Assembly (NCBI GenBank): GCA_041748235.1
Contig: JBGTDO010000029.1
Coordinates: 6,345 to 70,344 of the forward strand
Length of the DNA stretch: 64,000 nucleotides
DNA from: Akkermansiaceae bacterium
GTDB taxonomy: Bacteria; Verrucomicrobiota; Verrucomicrobiia; Verrucomicrobiales; Akkermansiaceae
Direction: 5' to 3'
Of this stretch, positions 45,201-52,748 are shown piece by piece. The notes beneath the pieces were generated by a model, which was not told the origin of the DNA, ran no database searches, and saw only the letters and a list, made by a program, of their open reading frames with translations. Each line of letters begins with the position of its first letter. The stretch's first letter is position 1. The translations under genes and the position numbers were made by a program.

Positions 45201-47656
45201 CCGTGCCGGAGCTTGCCCAGCTTGCTACTGCAGCTGCGGTTTTCCAAACAACGATTGACAACGCCAACGCACACCTCAACCCGCTTGGTCTCAGCCCGGG
45301 TGCCATCGCATTCGATCTGTCTCCAAGTGAGATGCAGGCAGGTAAATCCCACTACAAGCAGATCTCCGGGCGAGCTCTGCAGGCGCTCGTGAACGCAAGT
45401 GGAGCCTTCAATCAGGCTGGACGAATGACTCGCTCCCTCCGTGATCAACAAAATCAGATCGACGATTATTCGACCGTCATTGCCCAGCAGGAAACGGCTT
45501 ATGTGAACCAGTTGATCGATATCTATGGCAAGCCGTATTCCGGGGACGTGGGTCCTGGCAGGCTATATAGCCAGGCATACGTCGGGCCCGACCTGAACCA
45601 TTGGTTCATCGTGGATCGTCCCACAGAGGCCATCGACACCGCCAATGCCTTTACCATTTACACCACGGAAGCGACGGACATCGCCACCTTCACCAACGCT
45701 TCGATCAAAGACATCATTGAGGGAGACAGGATGCCGGAATCGGCCACACGGGACATCGAGGTGACGGTGCAGCCCTCGCAATGGGTGCAATACAATGACG
45801 TCTGGAAGGCTGGCGGGCTCGGATCACGTCCTGAAACAGGGGAGTTGCAGGATGCGTTACAAGATGCGCAGCGGACGTTTCTGGAACTAAGCGATCTTAA
45901 CGCCCATTGGGGGAAAGACACTGCGGAGTTGTCACACGCCAACAAGGTTTTCCGGGATCTTGTTGCAACGCAAGCCGAAGCGAGGTCAAAAACGAGCACC
46001 AGCAACAGTGATGTCCTTGAACTGGAGCGGGTGGCGTTGGGACTGGAGATTACCGCGGCCACTTTGGATTTCATCGCCTCCTTCCATGATGATACGGCTG
46101 ACAGCATCGCCGAGTTTTTCCCAAGGGTTGTGGGTCTCGCAAGTGACGTGACATCGGGTCCGCGAGGCGGTGCCAAGCTAACCGGTGCCGTGCTGGCAAA
46201 CATCGCTAAGGGACTCGCCGTGGCATCGCGGTCCGGAGCCGGCATCACGAAGATCGCGGTTCAAAGCGAGGAAATGTCGCTTCAGCGCAGCTTGGATGCG
46301 CTTGGATTTTCCCTCAATGAGGTTCAGTTGGCTTACGAGTACGACAATCTCTATCGCTCCTCGATCACGGGTGCGAACGAGCTGATGCTATTGACGGTGG
46401 CCCACCAACGCGCGCTGCAGCGGGTGAGTAACGTCCTTGCCAAGGGCAACCGGGTGCTGGCGGAGCGGGAGGTCTTCCGCCAACGCGCGGCGGCGATCAT
46501 TCAGGGATACCGGACGAAGGATCTGGGTTTCCGGATCTTCCGCAATGAAGCGCTTGAGCAATATCGCAGCCTTTTCGATCTCGCCAGTCGCTACAGCTAT
46601 CTTTCGGCAAAGAGCTATGACTACGAGACCGGCCTGCTAGGGACTCCCAAAGGACGGGAAATTTTCGACAGGATCATTTCCTCCCGATCGCTTGGTGACC
46701 TAACTGGAGGTGTTCCCCAGTCCACCGTCAGCACCCTTGGTGATGCGGGCCTCGCCGGGACCATGGCTCAATTGAATGCTGATTTTTCTGTCGCTGAAGG
46801 GAGGCTTGGAATCAACAACCCCGACCAGTATGGAACCGTGTTTTCGTTGCGCACCGAACTTTACCGCCTGCTCAACGATCCGGCGATCACGAGTGACGAT
46901 GACGCGTGGCAGCAGACGATCGAGCAGCGGATTGTTGCAGACGTTATGACCGATCCGGATGTTGCTGCCCACTGCCGCAACATCAAAAAGCCGGACGGCA
47001 CGCGCGTGCCGGGTATTATTATCCCGTTCAGCACTACGATCCAGCACGGCAAGAACTTCTTCGGCCTGGATCTGGCGGCTGGCGACCACGCTTATACCCC
47101 GAGCAATTTTGCGACCAAAATCCACAGGGTCGGCATCGCTCTACCCGGCTACGTGGGGATGGACGCCTATGCTGCGGGAAATCCTACCGGAGCACCTGCA
47201 AGCGGAGCCAACAACGCACTCAGCGCCACGCCATACGTATATCTCATCCCGTGTGGCAATGACTACATGCTTGCCCCGCCGCTGGGCGATACCAATACCT
47301 TGCGCTCCTGGACCGTCGCAGACCAAGCGCTGCCGCTGCCCTACAACCTCGGGGCGAATGCGTTCAACAGCACACAGTTCTTCAACGCCAACGGCACGCT
47401 CAGCGAGCAGCCTTGGATCATTCGCAAGCATCAAGCGTTCCGGATGGTGAGCGATCCGACGCTCTTCTACAGCTGGGTGCCTGCTGAATTCACCAACTCC
47501 CGCCTGATCGGCCGCAGCGTCTGGAACGGTCAGTGGAAAATTGTGATACCTGCTTACACGCTTTCAAGCAACGAGCAGGATGGTCTCAACCGATTCGCAG
47601 CCAGCGTGAAGGATCTTCAGCTTTTCCTCAGGACTTATTCGAACTCAGGAAACTGA
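39251..47656 (+). CDS. Giant exported protein (~2800 aa) with Tc-toxin A-like C-terminal region (operon gene 4)
   Basis: Signal peptide from ATG 39251 (MNRCCLFLFALISLLIAQSAQA). Beta-rich N-terminal portion, helical C-terminal portion with a hydrophobic hairpin and TcA-like motifs. Confidence 0.75.
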   Translation: MNRCCLFLFALISLLIAQSAQAQYELKAGNFNNVFVPQTASGTAATPSGPPTVANPVPTDRQFSAMGQVAGAVGPILKTPPAPYLERYPTNGTLVLAQATIGGVFASGVPRYSLGDEIIPPSTEADGFTIAGAGYWRVQPVQAGEVFQIAGSPNIPMPLVEVVVSISSNNSTNVTVASPVPATLVVGSTILGQPITRISGNNVTLAGNANASITSATSVPITPATSFYYSPHAEKVFASQAGRVTITWVSRTPVNGNYFTKTEDFAVSSTTKRPVRTIYWTEGAFDGPTVLVTDNRITTVNPAYYPLVPKAVAQEVSIPGNNPLTPNLTTLSFDKFGGVGQLHAYNVEGRIFIEYLGNVRAAGSIYEFIGSDIVEMVRVPEPTYSTVHLGKEITPHEPSVTISAPPGAGTTAQATATVVNGVVTAVSLIDGGSGYGITPPTVSFAIPDSGIKATASATVANGMVTAVTLNDGGSGYPTLTPSPVRSTLQNAASYYGTGVRSDNSSAYFAERDTSAANNPDNGTPASQDAYNKVVFYWLEEGDFSIKWPKFQDRYWLRWSPNLSDYAHYTVGPTGSDSATGMTFTGGSLPTVVYQDDPAQKEAAIDNASQRLLVTFGPNSDKHNRSLLKFSGSGSVWYVNLYTQTENRQSLLSSTSSTTNGVTTVTVSSTSGLEVGMVVTGPGINGSTVVVRIIDATRLVISQNIGNATNPLAYTVESDLDTPVNAAAVVGTRLPPPAGHEYAGYISGGTGYYPAGYLNPFVVGLPAANRGAIIPVNAIPGNDLTVRWFKKIPAPSAAFRDLYVPGKIGRYTVSYPGMTTPQIVIAQGVGTGDLSGAEAAGSVYYQNDRSQVGYNPNEEHAFPLAPRAYALREDLNVTSGSDYTSEPFVLMAYTDAVDKRPAIHAYKVVRTSNDYDFDYSATAGTLLVKPYPLPLLPEPMVGVGTARTSKDLEIVGADDPTNGSVITDIAYKSYTFKDRKGFTWVHRGPHSTGSPVLSMKLYYLSRPGFFLPGSGEPAAGTVLPFLRHISRRGTPLNINAIDSKADGTPGGIDEPLTVTYRPAWPTDAPELRVGETLTLPKFGLPQVRGQLSAQVVYQQSLANAPTATGLTNNSVSLHDPTREKTVDISAGGIGLSSVPAAIRTTSYRGKTYFQGLPPHLQQRVYLDPLRGSKGTLVFIGTFHDEIAGEDYLDLNLLSQTDENLLKDLVPEGATDKSKWDAAIDALNTRVETFKPDPARFGSHIVDPVKNADVGENGLAVISSPNTAVDSYAITATGKGTGFVTMVFGDGGNPDQQPQGDPVQVKVFRVADQLYVGDLKVLQSSNPLDEKVTLRHSGDFAGNPEDYEFDWRWTTGAASAPTTYATTITKRIGDPTASTHTWDVVRDPGALLPTETQYANAGASLPFPRTENVRLVKFVLDAQKQPTATVIDAESYTDAEINQGFPSIVLRSNAGVDFSDGVPGSIIFSASMGTFDGFVLYVNKKAVLAHKAPTPQFTLTSSSTGLTEAGLLKQFHVAPSYFTEGQNTIEVAIYTTADPNSQSSLNFMLEAAQEADVVTSGGVWQESSDPAGINTNTAVVGGSPTLPFGGPQFVLNDRWFTMRYRPKVNTGNILAPGDTQSEVGWSRWMEARNVEGWVKRVLAAINPFEQRMKDLYNNQVDTDVSVITQAGKRWEGDIALTMDNISSTGLIEIYETVLNRAKDMSIDANTNDADSNNALTLAAGYLNDLYTLLGNEAYADAANPTISIDDQNSVSEVNTSRFAFEAQVSSSLEEELALLRGRTDSVSPGVKTSPAYNRLYWNYTRGINSGEVIYAINYNIKEKVGSSTANGIIDESDAQRMFPQGHGDAYGHYLTALTGYYRLLSNSNFTWTPRAEAVTVLGQPVTVDYMDERKFAAAAGNVARTAQQICSLVYRQNYKDDPSGGWTNYRDLKSANVQTGVKGHQGLDEWVSRSSQGALYHWAVANALVPDVDLTNSGVQKIDRSTVPELAQLATAAAVFQTTIDNANAHLNPLGLSPGAIAFDLSPSEMQAGKSHYKQISGRALQALVNASGAFNQAGRMTRSLRDQQNQIDDYSTVIAQQETAYVNQLIDIYGKPYSGDVGPGRLYSQAYVGPDLNHWFIVDRPTEAIDTANAFTIYTTEATDIATFTNASIKDIIEGDRMPESATRDIEVTVQPSQWVQYNDVWKAGGLGSRPETGELQDALQDAQRTFLELSDLNAHWGKDTAELSHANKVFRDLVATQAEARSKTSTSNSDVLELERVALGLEITAATLDFIASFHDDTADSIAEFFPRVVGLASDVTSGPRGGAKLTGAVLANIAKGLAVASRSGAGITKIAVQSEEMSLQRSLDALGFSLNEVQLAYEYDNLYRSSITGANELMLLTVAHQRALQRVSNVLAKGNRVLAEREVFRQRAAAIIQGYRTKDLGFRIFRNEALEQYRSLFDLASRYSYLSAKSYDYETGLLGTPKGREIFDRIISSRSLGDLTGGVPQSTVSTLGDAGLAGTMAQLNADFSVAEGRLGINNPDQYGTVFSLRTELYRLLNDPAITSDDDAWQQTIEQRIVADVMTDPDVAAHCRNIKKPDGTRVPGIIIPFSTTIQHGKNFFGLDLAAGDHAYTPSNFATKIHRVGIALPGYVGMDAYAAGNPTGAPASGANNALSATPYVYLIPCGNDYMLAPPLGDTNTLRSWTVADQALPLPYNLGANAFNSTQFFNANGTLSEQPWIIRKHQAFRMVSDPTLFYSWVPAEFTNSRLIGRSVWNGQWKIVIPAYTLSSNEQDGLNRFAASVKDLQLFLRTYSNSGN

Positions 47657-48219
47657 TGAAAGTCGCCGTTCTAATCGCCGCTGTGATCGCACTAGTGGCG
47701 CTGGGGTTCTATCTGGTTCCGCGCGAAGAACCGGAGCCGGTTGTTCAGGCGTCCTTGGAGCGCCCTCGCCCGAATACAGTAGTTTCCGATCCCACTGTCG
47801 TCTTCCAGCGGGCCTTCTGGAAACATCCTTTAGCAGATGATCGTATCCACCATGCCGAGCGCCGCGAGTGGTCGGATGAGAATGGGGTGAAACGGTGGCA
47901 GTGGTTCATCTCGGTCGATCCGTCAGCCGAACTTGTGAAGCATCTTCGCGAGGACAATGCCTTCGGGCTGGTGCCAATGAAATCAAGCGCCGAGGTTCGG
48001 GACGCGCCACCATGGTTTACGTTTGAATCAGAAGATATTGAAGTGATTGGAGCTCAAGGCGGAAATATGCGCCTGAGCTTCAGCAATTCCGGCAGACTTT
48101 TCGCCACCGATTCCGGGGGTGGCTTCCAAGCCGGAGCTTCGGAAAGTCCATCCGTGCCACCTCAGGCTGCCGGAAACGGACGGCTTCCATATTCACCACC
48201 ACCGCGGCCGAATCCATGA
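47656..48219 (+). CDS. Small membrane-anchored protein (operon gene 5)
   Basis: TGATG overlap with the giant gene; N-terminal TM MKVAVLIAAVIALVALGFYLV; VFQRAFW...HAERREW...WQWFI. Confidence 0.75.
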   Translation: MKVAVLIAAVIALVALGFYLVPREEPEPVVQASLERPRPNTVVSDPTVVFQRAFWKHPLADDRIHHAERREWSDENGVKRWQWFISVDPSAELVKHLREDNAFGLVPMKSSAEVRDAPPWFTFESEDIEVIGAQGGNMRLSFSNSGRLFATDSGGGFQAGASESPSVPPQAAGNGRLPYSPPPRPNP

Positions 48220-50036
48220 TCCATTTACCTAGCCCATTTTCCCGGTATTTAGCCGCCATAGTGTGTAGCTCTCTTTGTTTTCTCATGGCGGAAAGCCATG
48301 GGGAATCGCCGCGGGTTCTCAACCACCAAGGGAGAATTGCGGTAAACGGGGTCAATTTCAATGGAGTGGGGCAGTTCAAGTTCGCGCTCGTCGACAGCGG
48401 AGGAACCCGCAGCTTTTGGAGCAACGACGGCAGTAGCTCCGACGGCACCGAGCCCGCCACCGCCGTTGATCTCACAGTTGTAAGGGGGCTTTACGCGGTG
48501 CTGCTCGGAGATGAGTCGCTGGTTAACATGACACCCGTGGCCGCCACCGTTTTTGATAATGCCGACGTTCGGCTTCGGGTTTGGTTCAACGATGGCAGCA
48601 AAGGCTTTCAACAGATCACCCCGGACCACCGGCTCGCCGCCTCCCCTTACGCCATGGTAGCGGAAAGGGCGCTTTCCGTGTCCGAAGTATCTCTAACAAA
48701 CGTCATGGCGGCTCCATCGAAGCCGGTCGTTGCCTGGGGAAAGAACAGTCACGGACAGGTTTCCGTTCCCGCTCTGGCAGCTGTCGCTGCCGTTGCCGCA
48801 GGGGAAAGCCACAGCCTTGCACTGCAGAACAACGGGACGGTGGTTAGCTGGGGAAATGGCAGCGCGGTTCCGGTCGGTCTAACAGGCGTTACCATGATTG
48901 CCGCAGGTCGCAATCATGACTTGGCGCGGAAGAGCGATGGTACGGTGGTAGCTTGGGGAGACAATGCCTCCGCTCAGACCACTGTCCCGGCGGGCGTCAC
49001 CAATGCTGTCGCTGTAGCTGCCGGAGACAACCACAGCCTTGTCCTGCGTGCGGATGGCACGGTCACCGCCTGGGGAGACAATACCTTCGGGCAGACGGAT
49101 GTTCCTGCCGGGGTTTCAAACATCACCGCTGTGGCAGCAGGAAGCGACCACTGTCTAGCTTTGAAAAGTGATGGAACCGTGTTTGCCTGGGGACGCGATG
49201 AAGCGGGCCAGTCGAGCGTCCCCGAGGCTTTGAGCGATGTGATCGCCATCGCGGCGGGTGCCTATCACAGCTTGGCAGTGAAAAGCGATGGCAGCGTCAT
49301 TGCTTGGGGCTGGAACTCTGGAGGACAGGCGACAATTCCCGCCGGACTGACGGGTGTCTCCAGCGTCGCGGGTGGATATGCGTTCAGTGCGGCGCTAAAA
49401 TCAGACGGGACGCTCGTGACATGGGGCGACAACTCCGACGGCCAGCTGACGGTTCCTCCCTCCGCTACGCACATCAAGGCTTTGGCTGCGGGTGCATCCC
49501 ATATGGTGATCCTCCGTGCCGATTCGATTCCTGCCCAAGTGGCCCGCCTCGATGAGGACAACGTCTTCACCGGTAAAATCGGCATCAAGCGCAGCCCGAC
49601 CAACAATGCGTTGGAGGTCGAGGGAAATGCGAGCAAGTCCATCGCCGGAAATTGGCTTTCAAACTCCGACCGCCGGATCAAAACGGACATCCGAACGATC
49701 ACCGATGCCCTGGGAGTTCTCGATGAAGTGCGCCTAGTGGATTTCCGCTACACCGATGAATACCGCGCCGACAATCCATCAATCGGTGGTGGGCGCTATA
49801 TGAATGTGATCGCCCAAGAGTTTGGCGCTGTGTTCCCGGACCACGTCAAGAGCAGTGGGGAAAAGATGGTCGATGGTTCACCTGTTCTGCAAGTCGACAC
49901 CTATCCTTTAACAATTTACTCGGCGGCAGCGATTCAGGAACTTCATCGTGAGAATGAGATGCTGAAAGAGAAAGTGGCGGCTCAAGAAGAGCGTCTGAAT
50001 CGACTTGAAGCCATTATCAGAAAGCAAGGGAGATGA
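48216..50036 (+). CDS. Exported RCC1-repeat beta-propeller / S74-chaperone fibre protein (operon gene 6)
   Basis: N-terminal LNHQGR domain, seven RCC1-type repeats, then SDRRIKTD...IAQEF...AAIQEL and a coiled coil. Confidence 0.85.
   Translation: MIHLPSPFSRYLAAIVCSSLCFLMAESHGESPRVLNHQGRIAVNGVNFNGVGQFKFALVDSGGTRSFWSNDGSSSDGTEPATAVDLTVVRGLYAVLLGDESLVNMTPVAATVFDNADVRLRVWFNDGSKGFQQITPDHRLAASPYAMVAERALSVSEVSLTNVMAAPSKPVVAWGKNSHGQVSVPALAAVAAVAAGESHSLALQNNGTVVSWGNGSAVPVGLTGVTMIAAGRNHDLARKSDGTVVAWGDNASAQTTVPAGVTNAVAVAAGDNHSLVLRADGTVTAWGDNTFGQTDVPAGVSNITAVAAGSDHCLALKSDGTVFAWGRDEAGQSSVPEALSDVIAIAAGAYHSLAVKSDGSVIAWGWNSGGQATIPAGLTGVSSVAGGYAFSAALKSDGTLVTWGDNSDGQLTVPPSATHIKALAAGASHMVILRADSIPAQVARLDEDNVFTGKIGIKRSPTNNALEVEGNASKSIAGNWLSNSDRRIKTDIRTITDALGVLDEVRLVDFRYTDEYRADNPSIGGGRYMNVIAQEFGAVFPDHVKSSGEKMVDGSPVLQVDTYPLTIYSAAAIQELHRENEMLKEKVAAQEERLNRLEAIIRKQGR
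48725..49520 (+). repeat. Seven tandem RCC1-like repeats (about 35-39 aa each)
   Basis: V-x-A-W-G-x-N-x-x-G-Q-x-x-V-P...A-A-G-x-x-H-S-L-A-L-x-x-D-G-T counted seven times in the translation. Confidence 0.85.
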
Positions 50037-51037
50037 TGTTGCTCCGCAGTATTTTCCTCACAATCTTGCCCGGAATCGCCGCAGGTGGAAGCAGTGCAAG
50101 TTATACGCTTGAGCCCTTGGCATTCGATCATGGTGGCCTGTTGGGAAGCAGCGGAAACTACAATACAAGTTCTTCCTCCTCACCCGGAGGCGCGGGTAGC
50201 TCAGGAAGTTATGCGGTGCGGACGGGATTCGCGGGACAGCTGGCGGAGTCCTTGCCCACGGTTGTTTTTACGGCGCCAGCCAGTCTGGCGGCTGATGGAA
50301 GTGGCAAGGTCTTCGTGGCAGCCGCCGACGGAACCACGGTCAACTCCGCCTATTCCGGAAGGGGTTCGACAATCTATTCTTCGTTGCCCGCCGCTCCATC
50401 GGCGGTCGGTCTGTACCTTGTGACTGCGACAGGAGGTCCTGATTATCTTGGCAGCGGGAGCCTAGATTTCGTCATCCACGGCCCCCTCGCCGCAAGTGAC
50501 AGCCTTACCAAACCAGCCAATCACGCTCCGATCACCATACCGGTCTCAGATTTGTTAGGAAACGACACGCGCATGCTGCCTGACGGTTCGATCTCGTCTG
50601 CTGGTCTTTCGATCACCGCAGTGGAGCCAGGACCGGGTAATAACATCTACTTGGGAACAGGGGATGACGCCGGGTGGCTTTTTTTCATCCCATCCAACGC
50701 CCCGAGCGAGAGCTTCACCTACTCTGTTAGTGACGGAAGCTCAACGGCAACGGCGATTGCGACAGTGTCGGCTCTCGGCTTCACTCCGACCTTTGTCTTG
50801 CAGATGACCAAGCGCGGGACTGCTGACTTTGACGGCATCAAGACCAGCAGCACCTTCGATTTTATCGCCGTCCCAGGTCAGGTTTATCAGATCGAATACT
50901 CGTCCGACCTAGTCGAATGGATTCCAGCCGAACCGGTCTCCAGCGGTCCCAGCGGCTCGTTTTCACTCGTGCTAAGCCGGTCAGGCAATTTCGCTGCGGC
51001 CTGGAACAGGAGTCTCTTTTTCCGGGCAAAACTGTGA
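50033..51037 (+). CDS. Exported Ig/cadherin-like domain protein with verrucomicrobial C-terminal domain (operon gene 7)
   Basis: Short signal; cadherin-like LLGNDT...FTYSVSDG; C-terminal YQIEYSSDLVEW...LFFRAKL; ATGA overlap with gene 6. Confidence 0.75.
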   Translation: MMLLRSIFLTILPGIAAGGSSASYTLEPLAFDHGGLLGSSGNYNTSSSSSPGGAGSSGSYAVRTGFAGQLAESLPTVVFTAPASLAADGSGKVFVAAADGTTVNSAYSGRGSTIYSSLPAAPSAVGLYLVTATGGPDYLGSGSLDFVIHGPLAASDSLTKPANHAPITIPVSDLLGNDTRMLPDGSISSAGLSITAVEPGPGNNIYLGTGDDAGWLFFIPSNAPSESFTYSVSDGSSTATAIATVSALGFTPTFVLQMTKRGTADFDGIKTSSTFDFIAVPGQVYQIEYSSDLVEWIPAEPVSSGPSGSFSLVLSRSGNFAAAWNRSLFFRAKL

Positions 51038-51053
51038 GTTTATCTTTAATGGC

Positions 51054-52721
51054 ATGAAAATCAAATCGGCGATCTTCCTGTTTACACATGCCGCGGCGAT
51101 TTCTGGATCGGCTCAGATTGAAGTTACCAGGTTTTTCAACAGCAATCAGAACATCCCTGACAACGGCCAGTTCCTCGACATCCGCACAGTGGAAAATTCG
51201 GGTTTCGCAACGGTCACCGACGTAAACGTCCGTCTGGTGATGCAGGGCGCGGCGGGGACGGCCATGCGGCTGGGAGACTACTATGTCTCTCTTACCAATG
51301 GAACCGCTTCCGAGGAAGAGCGGTTCGCGGTGTTGCTCAATCGCCCGCAGACGTCTGACACGGCACCATTCGGAAGCTCGCTCTCGTCGGTGGATATCAG
51401 TCTGGACGACTCGGGTTTCGCGGGCAATGTCTTCCACATTTCTAGCAATACGGGAACTTACAAGGCGGACGGCCGTCTTTCGGTCGATCCCTATGGGGCG
51501 CCGGTGGCTTATGATAGCACCGCAGTAACCCACGGATTGTCCACGCTGAACGGAAGCGTGTTCAGCAATACCTGGGGCTTGTTGGTTGCTGACACGCGGC
51601 AGGGAGCTGCTGGAAAGCTCCTCAGTTGGACCCTCAGCACGACGGGGATTTCGGCTGATTCAGGGTCTATTGATCCAGGACCAGGCGGAACAATCGCGGA
51701 CACTCCGGGCGGAATCGAAGACCATCGAAATTTGAAATCCATACTCCTAGTTTCAGGAAGTGGTGCCGCAGGTGTGACGGCGGATGTCTCTGAAAGCTTG
51801 TTCCTGAGCGGCGGCTTGTCCGGGGCGGGGGAGTTACACAAGATCGGAACTGGTAGGTTGACGCTCGGTGGTGACTCCACCGGAAGCAATGGGGGTCCAA
51901 GCTTCTCAGGCACTGTGGTCGTCGGCGCTGGCGAGGTCGAGATCGCCGCTAGCACCGCACTTGGTCTGCACGGGGCGCTGGTCTTCCATGGGAATCATAC
52001 AATCTTACGGCTCTCGACCGCAGCTGCTTTCGAACGGGCTATTGCGATCAACGCAGGCACGGAGGTGACGTTGGAAGGGAGCGGAACGCTTTCGGGGACT
52101 ATCAGCGGGGAAGGCGGTTTGCGTAAAGAGGGTCCTGGAAAAATTACTTTGGATGGCGACAACAGTTATCTAGGCGACACGGTGATCAGCGGTGGCGTGC
52201 TGGCGATCGATGGCAGTATGACCTCGTCGATCCATGTGGAGGTTGGTGGAGTTCTGAAAGGCAGCGGGCTCATCCATGGCGCGGTGAATGTTTCGGGGCA
52301 ACTCGTGGCTGGAAGCAGCGTCGGAACGCTAGGCACCGGGCCCCTCACCTTCAGGAACGATTCCATGTTCGCCTACGAAATGGACTTGGCTTCGTTCTCC
52401 AGGGGTTTCGTCCAAGTCGCCGGAGATTTTGCAATCGAGAATGGTGCGGTTCTGACGCTGACCGAACAGGGTGGGACGGGAGTTTCGTATGGGACAAAGT
52501 TTACGCTTATCCGTTACTCGGGTGCTTGGGACGGGGGCTTGTTCGCCCATGATGGAACCACTCTTGCCGATAACTCGGTCATCCAACTCGACAGCAGCCC
52601 GTGGCTCGTCCAATACGCGGATGGTTCGGAGGGCTTCACGCTGACATCCGTTCCTGAGCCTGCCGCCGCTGTGATTTCGAGTCTCACATTTATGGGCTTG
52701 CTCATGCGGCGGCGGCGTTGA
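51054..52721 (+). CDS. PEP-CTERM protein with P-domain-like region and autotransporter-associated beta-strand repeats (operon gene 8)
   Basis: NQNIPDN...WGLLVADT...LLSWTL; LHKIGTGRLTLGG and LRKEGPGKITLDGDNSYLGDTVISGG repeats; VPEPAAAVISSLTFMGLLMRRRR. Confidence 0.88.
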   Translation: MKIKSAIFLFTHAAAISGSAQIEVTRFFNSNQNIPDNGQFLDIRTVENSGFATVTDVNVRLVMQGAAGTAMRLGDYYVSLTNGTASEEERFAVLLNRPQTSDTAPFGSSLSSVDISLDDSGFAGNVFHISSNTGTYKADGRLSVDPYGAPVAYDSTAVTHGLSTLNGSVFSNTWGLLVADTRQGAAGKLLSWTLSTTGISADSGSIDPGPGGTIADTPGGIEDHRNLKSILLVSGSGAAGVTADVSESLFLSGGLSGAGELHKIGTGRLTLGGDSTGSNGGPSFSGTVVVGAGEVEIAASTALGLHGALVFHGNHTILRLSTAAAFERAIAINAGTEVTLEGSGTLSGTISGEGGLRKEGPGKITLDGDNSYLGDTVISGGVLAIDGSMTSSIHVEVGGVLKGSGLIHGAVNVSGQLVAGSSVGTLGTGPLTFRNDSMFAYEMDLASFSRGFVQVAGDFAIENGAVLTLTEQGGTGVSYGTKFTLIRYSGAWDGGLFAHDGTTLADNSVIQLDSSPWLVQYADGSEGFTLTSVPEPAAAVISSLTFMGLLMRRRR

Positions 52722-52748
52722 ACTTGGAAGACCGCTCAGCCGTCCAAC

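Noticed and set aside
34195-52721. Prophage, tailocin or eCIS interpretation of the fibre-containing operon
   Set aside because: No capsid, terminase, portal, sheath, tube, baseplate, lysis or integrase genes are recognisable, and the fibre proteins carry signal peptides.
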